Positions 1-10,380 of a stretch of 57,583 nt of DNA are shown one piece after another. This DNA comes from Octopus sinensis (taxonomy: Eukaryota), in assembly GCF_006345805.1 (NCBI RefSeq), contig NW_021833666.1, forward strand, positions 1 through 57,583, written 5' to 3'. A program made the translations under genes and the position numbers. Every line of letters starts with the position of its first letter. Position 1 is the first letter of the stretch. The notes under the pieces are model-generated. The model did no database searches. It was not told the DNA's origin and saw nothing but the letters and a program-made list of their open reading frames with translations.

Positions 1-102
1 TATTCATCGGCCTCTTTTGCCGACCCGCTAATAACGGGGACATAAGACACCCACCATCGGTTGTCAAGCAATGCTAGGGGACAAACACAGACACCCAACC
101 AC

Positions 103-148
<46 letters not shown>

Positions 149-313
149 TATATATATACAAATATACGACGGGCTTCTTTCAGTTTCCGTCTACCAAATC
201 CACTCACAAGGCTTTGGTTGGCCCGAGACTATAGTAGAAGACACTTCCCCAAGAACCCGGAACCATGAGGTTGGTAAGCAAGCTACTTACCACACAGCCA
301 CTCCTGCGCCTAT
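1..313 (-). mobile_element. tRNA-headed SINE, family C (contains an internal (TA)n microsatellite); cut by the window edge
   Basis: The reverse complement matches the head GGCGCAGGAGTGGCTGTGTGGTAAG...CCGGGTTC and body ...GAGTGGATTTGGTAGACGGAAACTGAAAGAAGCCCGTCG found in more than 10 copies in this window. Confidence 0.85.
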
Positions 314-724
314 ACATAGATCTTTTTCCTCTCTTCATTTGTTTTCTATTTTTATTACTTTCGAAAGGCCAATGCATCTTCTACTTTTCCGGAACGTCTA
401 GCTAATGCATCTTAGTTACTGTTACCTCGCCGGTCTGTCTTTTTATACAATTTTGAAATACATACACACACACATACAAAGCTGTACTGTCTGAAGTAAG
501 AAAACAGCGTAAAACCTTGTGACAGTATGGCTTGACTATAAGAAGGCATTCGACTCTATCCCTCATTCATGGCTGTTGAAGTGCCTACATCTGGCAAAGG
601 TACCTATCACTCTAGTTGCTGCTAAAGACAGACTCACAAGGACATGGACAATAAATCACGCCCTTCCAATTGAGAACAGAATAATTGCTTGATACTATAG
701 GCATTTCAAAGGGAATATTCTAGG

Positions 725-1130
725 GAGTATCGTGAAAGAGATCAGCTGCCCTGCAGATATAAATATGTCTTTGAAAATCAAAGAAAAAAAGGATATCTAT
801 GGTCAACTGCTTCGAAACCTCAAGCTTCTATATCCGAAATATGAATTCATATCCATACGAATAAAAATTGGGGCACCGAGGTTTATTAGTAACTGTTTAA
901 ATGAGAATCTCGATAAACGGATTTTCAGAAAGAGAAATTGACCGGCTGTTTCGCACAAGTGCAATCTGTGAGTGGAACGGTAAAAATATGCAAGACTTTT
1001 CTGAAGTTCTAAATGTGAATTTGTCTGTGTAAACTACATAACAAAGACGGAGCCTTGTATATTTGTTGGAAACCGGTTCCCTCCTCTGTGGAAGATTTAA
1101 GATAATTATAAAATAGAAGAGGCATACATA
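725..1130 (+). mobile_element. 3' end of an RLE-type (R4/Dong-like) non-LTR retrotransposon, frameshifted
   Basis: Translates as EISCPADINMSLKIKEKKDIYGQLL...IGAPRF, then after frameshifts VQSVSGTVKICKTFLKF* (TAA 1010-1012). This fits the RLE C-terminal pattern (P.D...K..K...Y..L...I.IG.). A short 3' UTR runs into CATA/TA repeats. Confidence 0.7.
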
Positions 1131-1339
1131 TATACAAACATACATATATATACATATAAATATATATATATATATACACATATATATATATACACACACT
1201 TTCCAGTTTTTTACTTTTCTTATTTCTCGTTTTTCATTTTTGTTCACGTTTTTTGACATCCTACACACATATATACATGTATATATCACATATGTGTTGG
1301 CAGGTACATATATGTATGTATATATATATATTATTTATA

Positions 1340-1437
<98 letters not shown>

Positions 1438-1445
1438 AATAATAT
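1130..1445. repeat. (TA)n/(TACA)n microsatellite cluster
   Basis: About 100 bp of near-pure (TA)n at 1340-1430 with flanking TA/TACA runs. Confidence 0.95.
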
Positions 1446-1799
1446 ATATGCATGTATATATTATACATATACTTATTCTGAGGTAAACCTCCGTTGAAAC
1501 ACAAACATTTAATTATTACAAGCACACGATTACTATATAAAACTACATGTATATATATAAATTTATATAAATAAGGATAATATGGTTATTTAAAATACCG
1601 ATTTAAGCAGGTGGACAGCATGGGAATAAAAACGTCAAAGGTAATAATTATTATTAAAATTATAATTAAGAGTATCAAAGAGATACCACCATCCTAGTCA
1701 TAACAGCCGAACCTTGACTCTAAAACCACATTAAATGCTCATACAGCACCAGGAGAAAAGGCAACGAGACAAAATAAACTAGCAAAAAAATATAACTGG

Positions 1800-1830
<31 letters not shown>

Positions 1831-1831
<1 letters not shown>

Positions 1832-2040
1832 GTAAATGTGACCGCGTGTGTACCGTTGGCGATTTTTTTTCCTCTGTCTTCCCTTCTCTGGATCTTTCCT
1901 TCTCCTATGTTTCCGACGAAGAGCTCCGCTCGAAACGTTAAACCCTCCTTCTTTCCTTCTTTCCCGAGCATCCAATAATACTATATTTGTTCCACGTCCT
2001 CGCGTTGTTGTGTTTTTTTGCTTTCTTTTTGGATTAACTA
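1831..2040 (+). mobile_element. Short (TA)n-flanked element carrying a minimal hammerhead-like motif
   Basis: Bounded by (TA)n on both sides; contains the motif at 1909-1943. Confidence 0.6.
1909..1943 (+). ncRNA. Minimal type I hammerhead-like motif (core CCGACGA plus extra A)
   Basis: GTTT-CCGACGA-A-GAGC-tcc-GCTC-GAAA-CG-TT-AAAC. Stem I GTTT/AAAC, stem II GAGC/GCTC, palindromic stem III ACGT. Confidence 0.6.
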
Positions 2041-2427
2041 TATATAATAATTATATATATAATATATATTATTATATACATATTTGTATATATACATACA
2101 TATACACATACACACACAAATGCATTCATATATATACTCACATAAATAAACTCTCACGCATGCTCCGGCACACTCACCCGCACAAATACACGTTCCCAGA
2201 TCTTATATTACAATCATTCTGCTGAAATAAGCAAGCAGATTAGGACGTAATTGGAAACGTTTCAGGATCGTCAAATCGCCAAAACACTCCAACACCCTTT
2301 TAATGGTTCAACATATAACAAGGTTCCAAAAGGTCCTTTAATGTTTAAACATGTCGCAGAGTTCTTTTATCTTGGAAAACAATTTGGGGAACTGGGCCAA
2401 CTGTTCACATACTCTTGACGAAATATA

Positions 2428-2502
<75 letters not shown>
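2428..2502. repeat. (TG)n microsatellite
   Basis: Pure (GT)n run; more CA/TG runs continue to about 3110. Confidence 0.95.
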
Positions 2503-2505
<3 letters not shown>

Positions 2506-2647
2506 TGTCCGTGTGTGTCTGTGTGCGCGTATGCAGAAAAATTATATCCATACACATAGATAGGAAAACTTACAAATATGGAAATTGTCGTACATACATT
2601 CACTTTTACGCACGCAGACATCTACACATACAGACAAAGGCATACAC

Positions 2648-2688
<41 letters not shown>

Positions 2689-3229
2689 ACACACACACAC
2701 ATATGGATATCCATACTCTATTTTTTTTTCAGTTTTATTATTTATTCTTTTTTCTTATTAGGCCCTCAAAATCTTAAACTAAGTCAATTACTTTGTCGAA
2801 TCGTTCCAATTTTATTCACAAGTTGTGTGTGTGTTTATGTGTGTGTTTTATATGTGTATGTGTGTGTGTATGTGTGTTTCTCTGTTTGTGTGCATTCATC
2901 TGTCTGTGTATTTACGTGTGTATGTTTTTGTGTCTTTCTAAATATATGTGCATACGTGCCAGTCCATGTATCTATGTAATTGTGTATGCGGGTATGTATT
3001 CGTAGATTGATGCGTTTATGTGTGTTTAATATATATATATGTGCGTGTGTGTGAATGTGTGTGTGTGTGAGTGTGTGTGCGTGTGTGTGGGCGTGTGTGG
3101 GACGGTGTTTGTTTTTATATGTGTACATTTGTACCTGTATAAGACTACATATTATAGATCAGCCTAAGCGATTTTCAGGACAAGAGGAAGGACGAGAGAG
3201 ACAGAAATATATATATATACACACATACA

Positions 3230-3277
<48 letters not shown>

Positions 3278-3442
3278 GTATATATTTACACACATACATA
3301 CTTGTATATATATAATATATAGATTATATATATATGTGCTCACACAAACAAGTTAGAAACGAGTAATAATTATCAGAAGGCGTTTACTTCATCAAACCAT
3401 TCCCTCCTTTTCCTGCACTATCTATTAACAAGTCTTGTAATA

Positions 3443-3655
3443 TTAATCACCAACGCAACCACGATACATGTAATACCGAACCGAATTCAGATTTACTGCC
3501 TCATTTATCGTGCAAACACGACCATCCGTTACTTCCCAATCTGGTTTAACTACTTCGACCGACAAAATTTTCGTCGACATTGTTTTTCGTTCTGCTTCTT
3601 CGGTTTGATTAAATACTGGCTTGTTTGCGATAGGAAGTCCATTTTTGGATAACAT
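3443..3655 (-). CDS. Candidate short host ORF/exon, product unknown
   Basis: 70-codon ORF in non-repetitive sequence with natural amino-acid composition and an in-frame stop 9 codons upstream of the ATG. No motif recognised. Confidence 0.2.
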   Translation of the reverse strand: MLSKNGLPIANKPVFNQTEEAERKTMSTKILSVEVVKPDWEVTDGRVCTINEAVNLNSVRYYMYRGCVGD

Positions 3656-3995
3656 ACAATAACTCTTGTATTTAGAATGTCAGTTTTGTTTTAATCTGTA
3701 TATCTTATCAGTGATTTGCTATAAAGAAAATATATAATTGTTCTCTTTGTTTTGTTTTCTGGAGTATTTGATTTAGGATGTGGTGGTGGTGGGACTTTTT
3801 GGGGTTTGTTTTTCTTCTGATATAATCACTTTAATTTGGTATGTTGAATGAGGCCGCAATCCAGTCAACACGTCAGACGTTTGGTGAGCTACGGGTACTA
3901 TGAACAGCAAAACTAGTAAACTACTCACGCAATATAAAGAGAAGCCTATTTATGTATTTATGTGCGAGTGTTTGTGTGAGGCATTATATATATAT

Positions 3996-4039
<44 letters not shown>

Positions 4040-4054
4040 ATATATTTATATATA

Positions 4055-4250
4055 TTCACCTTCGAAACGTAGAGTAGATGAAACCATGGCGACTGAAGAA
4101 GGGGTTTTTTCCTTGTGTTATTTGTCCTGTACTCTATTTTTTTGTTGTTTAAGAAAAATGTACAGTTCTTTGGGTTTGTGTCTATGTTTTCGTTTCTCAT
4201 TGTGTTCGACGTTTTTTTGGTGTCCTGTACTCATATATGCGCGTATATAT
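4055..4250 (+). mobile_element. (TA)n-flanked short element; related copies at 15912-16075 (+) and 4930-5070 (-)
   Basis: Shares GAAA..GAGTAGAT..CTGANGAAGGG..TTGTCCTGT..GTCCTGTAC blocks with the 15912 copy. Confidence 0.5.
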
Positions 4251-4573
4251 ACATGTAGAGGTAGGTACGTACATATATGTATATATATATATGCATATGT
4301 TTTATTTATTAATATATTATATACACATATACACAAGTATGTATGTGTAAATATATATATATATATATTTCTAAATTGAATTTTTTCCTTGTAAGTTTGG
4401 ATTTTATTCCCTCAAATAATAATCATTATATATACATATATATATATATACATGTATGTGTGTATATATATATACATATATACATATGTACATATATATA
4501 TGTAAATTTAAACTTACTTGGAAATGGATGCATCGCATTCAATTAAATAATAAATATATATTATATAATAATA

Positions 4574-4902
4574 TGGAAGAAGACTCCGCCTGTTACGACG
4601 ACGAGGGTCCCAGTGATACGATCAACGGAACAGCTTGCTCGTGAAATTAACGTGCAAATGGCTGAGCATTCCACAGACACGTGGTACCCTTAACGTAGTT
4701 CTCAGGGATAATCAGCTTGACACAGAGAGTGACAAGGCTGACCCTTTGAAATACAAGTACAACTCATTTTTGCCAGCTGAGTGGACTGGAGCAACGTGAA
4801 ATAAAGTGTCTTGCTCAAGGACACAACGCGTCGCCGGGAATCGAACTCACAACCTTACGATCATGAGCCGAATGCCCTAACCACTAAGCCACGCGCCCTC
4901 AC
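4574..4902 (-). mobile_element. tRNA-headed SINE, family B head plus tail type 2
   Basis: Reverse complement: GGCGCGTGGCTTAGTGGTTAGGG (A box), GAGTTCGATTCC (B box), CORE-like TTGAGCAAGACACTTTATTTCACG, tail ...CGTCGTCGTAACAGGCGGAG. Confidence 0.85.
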
Positions 4903-5080
4903 ATATAATATATATACACACAAACACACATACATGCATATATAGGTAGAGGACGTCACCAATGATGTAAATAAAATGAAATACGAAAACAAATGAGGTA
5001 GAACAACGAGAAGAATTTGGAGAACAGCACAAGTAAGCACGTTAGTGACGTCCTGTATCCGGATATTCATATATATATAT

Positions 5081-5325
5081 GAACGATTGTACTGATGAGG
5101 CCACAGACATTTGAATTATGTAAGTAATTCTTTTGTTAAAGGCCGAAACCGAGGTATGCAATTAATTCTGTTTTTTTATATAAATTTTCATCTGTCCTGC
5201 CCGCCAAATTTGGTTCTGGTGTTCGCTGAATTTTTCCTCTAGAGAACTTTCTTTGTAGTTTGATCGTTGATGATCTATTTCTAGCATACGACCGACTACC
5301 TAGCAGTCTTGCCCTGTCAATATAC
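5081..5325 (+). mobile_element. Short hammerhead-bearing element; homologues at 18037-18290 and (3' fragment) 38757-38835
   Basis: About 170 bp downstream of the motif (AATTTTCATCTGTC..GAGAAC..GATCTATTTCTAGCAT) recurs after the 18041 motif and at 38757. Flanked by microsatellites. Confidence 0.7.
5086..5162 (+). ncRNA. Type I hammerhead ribozyme motif, canonical core
   Basis: ATTGTA-CTGATGA-GGCC..38 nt..GGCC-GAAA-CC-ga-GG-TA-TGCAAT. All core nucleotides are present and stems I-III pair; predicted cleavage after A5156. Confidence 0.8.
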
Positions 5326-5333
5326 ACACACAC

Positions 5334-5372
<39 letters not shown>

Positions 5373-5436
5373 ATATATTATTAGTGAATTGAAGAAATGG
5401 AGTTGAACGAAGATTGAACAGAAACGTTTTATTGTA

Positions 5437-5516
5437 TTCTACACGTGTTTCGAAAGCCACAATTTACCAAATTCCGATTGAATAAGGAGACCATATTGTG
5501 TCTTTCTCCTCGGGAA
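5437..5516 (-). ncRNA. Hammerhead-like motif, core CCGAGGA
   Basis: Minus strand TTC-CCGAGGA-GAAAG-a-CACAAT...ATTGTG-g-CTTTC-GAAA-CACGTG-TA-GAA. Stem II is 5+6 bp, stem III is the palindrome ACACGTGT, stem I is only 3 bp. Confidence 0.55.
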
Positions 5517-6179
5517 GAAATAGGAATTCCGTTGGCAAACTAATTACGTTAAGTTCTTTACACAGATTCTTCAAACCCGATTTTACTCACAAGGTTTAGG
5601 TCGACATGGGGTTATGTAAAGGAACATGTCACGCAATGGAAACGAATTTTAGATTTCATAGTTGCAAAAAACAATCTTTTTTATCTTTTGACAATGTTTT
5701 TTCCCTTCCACATCTAACATTTTTGTTTGTCTTTATACACTTTCAGTTGACAACACATAATATTCTCTCTAGTTACTGTTGAGCAATGCATACACTGCTT
5801 TCGACTTTTGTTAAAGCCATCGTCAGGATCTGCTTACTTTCCCTTAGCTGTTGACAGAACGTAGCAAGCAATAATTTATAAAAATTGTAAACTTACCGGA
5901 ATAGGAGGGTTTACATAATGTTACAGTTGTCTTCACGTATTAATTGACTCTTGGGGTGGGGAACCGATATAATGTTCCCTCTGAAATTGGGTAAAATCGG
6001 TGAAATTTAGCTAAAACCTTAACAATAAACGAAACAATTTGATCGGCACCACAACTCAAATTGGTGAGAGTAATTTGATCAAAGCACGTGTGTTATGATT
6101 CTAGTCAAGCTGAAAATGTGTTTATTAAACTTTTGGTTACATGTCAAAATATTTTTATCTCAAATAAACTGATTTTTTG

Positions 6180-6830
6180 GTTCATTGGAAACCACCATGT
6201 AAAGAATATTTTATAGTTTTTGATTTTTAATCAACCAAAAGAACATTCAAACATCAAAGCCTGTAGACTTTATGTGTGTAAATGACTTGAAATATTTAGG
6301 TTCATGAGTAGAAAGTTCAAAGAATTTAAAGATAGAGAAGGAAGCATTCAACTGGAATGGTCAGCAATGAACAAGATGTTTGCAGTATTGGAATCAAATC
6401 TATCTAATGACCTCGAAATATAGTTTTATTTGAACTGCTGAAGAAAGCAAATTGATATATGGATCTGAATACATACAAAAGTAATTGAAACTACATGAAA
6501 TGGAACATATACCAAGGGGTTAAAGAAAGTAGAGGATATTTCCAGGAAACCACATTTGGCGAACGCTGTATTATATGAAAATATACCATTATTAATATAA
6601 ACTTCAAAGAACGCAGGCTTAAATTTGTGGGGCATTGTTGGCAAAACATAGATGAAGTTGTACGACAAATATTATTATGGGAACCAGTAGATGGTAAAAA
6701 ATGAAAATGAAGGGGCAGCCCTTGTCAATGTCATGTGTTACAGTTGTCGGAGGACAAGAAATTTGAAAATAGATGATGCTGAGATAATGGAGGATAGGAG
6801 AGCATAAAGGCATCTGATCAATAGGATCTG
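6180..6830 (+). pseudogene. Decayed RTE-like LINE, reverse-transcriptase C-terminal region
   Basis: Frame-broken peptides VNDLKYLGS, LIYGSE and KERRLKFVGHCWQNIDEVVRQILLWEPVDGK..RG.P match the RTE-clade C-terminus. Confidence 0.7.
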
Positions 6831-6869
6831 AATATGTTTATTGTGAGATGATATCACAGATTCACAGTG

Positions 6870-7101
6870 TCGGTGGTGGTGGTGATGCTGGTGGTGCTGG
6901 TGATGGTGCTGGTGCTGGTGGTGTGGCGGTATTGGGATGATGGTAGTAGTAGTATTCGTAGTAGTGATGGTGGTGGTGAATGCGGCGGTAGTAGTAGTAG
7001 CAGTAGTAGTAGTAATAGTAGTAGTAGTAGTTGTGGTGGTGGTGGTGGTGGTGGTGGTGGTGGTGGTGGCGGCGGCAGCAGCAGCACAGTAGTAGTAGTA
7101 G

Positions 7102-7141
<40 letters not shown>
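6870..7141. repeat. (GGT)n/(AGT)n compound trinucleotide microsatellite
   Basis: Direct reading. Confidence 0.95.
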
Positions 7142-7723
7142 AGAAACCCTTTCATGCATAATCAAAGGGAGAATTGCTTCTGTGATTCTGCGATTCTGAG
7201 ATTCTGAGAACTGATGGCAGACTGATGTAGGGATGCAGTAGAGTGGCGGAGAGGTGGGGGGGCAGTGCAGGTCGCGCGGGGCGGGGGAGGAATGGATAAA
7301 CAAATATATAGAAAAAAAAATTGCAGAAAAAAACACTAACTTCTACACTGAACCTAATTATTTTCTATTTCACTGTTAAATCTAAAACGAAACATAACCA
7401 AAACGATGTTAAGTCATTTAGATAAACTGCTTAAAATCTAAACAAAATTCTGAAACGAAATCTCTGCATAGAAGTTCTTCAAAGGATAGGAAGCGGTTGA
7501 CGAAATGTAACTGAGAACGGCGGGGGTGAGAATGTGGGGTGAGAATGTGGGCGATCTTAAGGGCTCAGAGTAATCTAAGTCCCTAACATAACTGTCAGAT
7601 TTTTTTTATTATTTTAAAAGGCGTTCGTAAATATATCACTTTGTATGTATTTCTCTGACAGCATGCATGTATGTGTACGTATGTGTTCATATATATATAT
7701 ATATTATATATATAAACACATAC

Positions 7724-7784
<61 letters not shown>

Positions 7785-7850
7785 TATATATATATATATA
7801 TTATATATATAATATATATATATATCTATATATACATATTTATGTGTGTC

Positions 7851-8085
7851 GTGGAGGACCGTGGCTTAGTGGTTAGGGTGTCAGCATCATGATCGTAAGA
7901 TTGTAGTTTCGATTCCTGGACCGGGCGACGCGTTGTGTTTTTGAGCAAAACACTTCATTTCACGTTGTTCCATTCCACTCAGCTGGCAATAATAAGTAAT
8001 GCTGCGATGGACTGGGGAACTCATACGCCATGGAAACCGGGAAACCGGGCCCTTCAGCATGGTTAGGCTTTAAATGGACGCATTA
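7851..8085 (+). mobile_element. SINE family B head plus tail type 1 (internally deleted)
   Basis: GTGGAGG..GTGGCTTAGTGGTTAGGGTG..GTTTCGATTCCTGG..GCTGCGATGGACTGG..GAAACCGGGAAACCGGGCCC. Confidence 0.85.
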
Positions 8086-8092
8086 ATTATTA

Positions 8093-8348
8093 GTGGAGGC
8101 GCGTGGCTTAGTGGTTACGATGTCAGTATCATGATCGTAAGATTGTGGTTTCGATTCCTGGACCGGGCGACGCGTTGTGTTCTTGAGCAAAACACTTCAT
8201 TTCACATTGCTCCAGTCCACTCAGCTGGCAAATATGAGTAACGCTGTGATGGACTGGCATCCCGTCTCGCTGGGGATCACATACGCCATTGAAATCGGGA
8301 AACCGGGCCCACGAGCCTGGCTAGGCTTTAAAAGGGTGCATTTATTTT
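8093..8348 (+). mobile_element. SINE family B head plus tail type 1 (second, head-to-tail copy)
   Basis: Near-duplicate of 7851-8085, immediately downstream. Confidence 0.85.
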
Positions 8349-8800
8349 CATATATGTGTGTATGTTGGTTGGTTTCTTTGTATGTGCGTATGCATGTATG
8401 TAAACGTGTGGGTGTAAATTGTGTTCGTCTACGTGGATGTTAGGTTGTTTACATGTTTATATATATATATGTGTGTGTATGTGTGTGTGTGTGTGTGTGT
8501 GCAGAAAAGGATCAAAGGTCCTTTCTGAAACCCTAGGTTCATAAGACCGGTTTTCCCTTTTTACCATCTGAATGGACTAGAGCAACGTGAAATGAAAACA
8601 TGGCATCTACCGGCCCTGGAATCGAAACCACAACCCTGTGAACATGAACGCAAACCCAAAACCATTATAACCTTTTCTACTATAGGCACAAGGCCTGAAA
8701 TAAATTAACTAGTACTTAATTTATTGTTGTATTGAATTAATAAATAGAACTGATGTAAGTCAATTGTTGTTCAATATTTTTCCATTTTCTGTTTTCATGA

Positions 8801-8845
<45 letters not shown>

Positions 8846-9053
8846 TATTTATATATATATATATATATTATATATATATGCATATTTATATATATATATA
8901 TTATATATATAATATATATATATGTATATATATTTGCATATATATATATATATATTCGTCTGGCATCGTCCTTTTTTCTGTCCTTGTTTCGTATACATTC
9001 GATCCTTTTTCCAAGAAATCTAATGCTCGTAGCTTAGTTTTTCCTTGGGGCTA

Positions 9054-9135
9054 GCCGGATCGAAGCGATCTCAAGATTAATCAGCCGAAATTGCGAGGAT
9101 GATCCGGTTCTTGACTGAAGATTAGAGGCTTCGAA
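9054..9135 (+). ncRNA. Structured motif with hammerhead strands in scrambled order, inside a (TA)n-flanked element (about 8955-9205)
   Basis: Pairings GCCGGATC/GATCCGGT, GCGAT/ATTGC, TCAAGA/TCTTGA and AGCC/GGCT surround GAAA (9087) and CTGAAGA (9115). Confidence 0.4.
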
Positions 9136-9299
9136 TGACCCGTCCGTTTTTTTTGTGTCGTCTATTTGAGTGTTTTGCGTTCTTGTCCCATTTTGTATTT
9201 TTTTATATATATTTCATATATATATATATATATAATATTTATTTATTTATTTATCTCGTTTTAGTATTTGGCTTGCAAGATTCATCATGTGAATTCGTG

Positions 9300-9442
9300 T
9301 GTTAAATTATTTTTTATTGTCTGGGGAGAGTCATTCTCTTTTAGTGCCTTATTAATTTAACACACTCACGGGTATGATTTCCACTCATTTACTTATTTAC
9401 TTTTACTAAAATTTTCGTTGCGTTTTGCAACCTTTTCAATAT
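9300..9442 (+). mobile_element. Repeat family copy (TCTGGGGAGAGTCATT..CGTTGCG..GCAACCTTTTCAATA); homologous to 19148-19292 (-) and both arms of 39549-39842
   Basis: Direct sequence similarity within the window. Confidence 0.7.
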
Positions 9443-9682
9443 GTAGTCCCTTGTAGGCAGTAAAGAACTAAGAAATGTCAGCACACCTGGTGAGATGCTT
9501 AGCGATATTTCGTCTGTCTTTACGTTCTGATTTCAAATTGTAAGCTAAATTAAATATTATTTTAAAAAACGCGTTGGACCAAATTTGGACATACGACAGT
9601 TTAGCAACGATATATATATATATATATATATGCACACACACATATTTATTTACACACACACACACACACACATAGATATATA

Positions 9683-10086
9683 GGTGCAGGCGTGGCTGCG
9701 TGGTAAGAAGCTTGCTTTCCAAACACTTGTTTCCGGGTTCAGTCCCACTACATGGCACATTGGATATGTATTTCTTTATTGCCCACATGGAGCTAAACAT
9801 AGAGGGGACAAATAAGGACAGACAGAGGGATTAAGTCGATTACATCGACCCCCAGTGCGAAACTGGTGCTTTATTTATCGACCCCGAAAGGATGAAAGGC
9901 AAAGTCGACCTCGGCGGAATTTGAACTCAGAACATAGCGACAGACGAAATACCGCTAAGCATTTCGCCCGGCGCGCTAACAAATCTGCCAGCACGCCGCC
10001 TTAGATATGTGTCGCCAACTATAGCCTCGGGCAGACCACAGCTTTGTGAGTGGATTTGTGGATGGAAACTGAAAGAAGCCTGTCAC

Positions 10087-10133
<47 letters not shown>

Positions 10134-10380
10134 TGTGTGTGTTTGTCTGTGTGTCTTTGCGTTTATATTTGTCCACTTACCATCGCCTGACCACCGATGT
10201 TGGTGAGCTTGCTTACCCGTAACATAGCGGTTCGACAAAGAAACCGACAGAATAAGTACTGGGCTTACAAACGAATACCTCCTGGGGTCGGTCGATTTTT
10301 TTTTCCTACTAAAAAACCCTTGAAGTATGTGCTCCAGCGTGGCCGCAGCCAAATGACAGAAGCCGTTAAAGGAATAAAAA
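9683..10380 (+). mobile_element. SINE family C interrupted by a family D SINE
   Basis: C head at 9683-9769; C body resumes at 10004. Confidence 0.85.
9770..10003 (-). mobile_element. SINE family D, full length, TSD GATATGT
   Basis: Reverse complement GGCGGCG.GCTGGCAGA..GAGTTCAAATTCC..GCCTTTCATCCTTTCGGGGTCGAT..AAAGAAATA. TSD at 9763-9769 and 10004-10010. Confidence 0.9.

Noticed and set aside
9054-9144. HDV-like ribozyme reading (G-U-starting P1, CGAAT as J4/2)
   Set aside because: No P3/L3 CC, no P1.1 GG after P1 and no P2 partner for TGACCC
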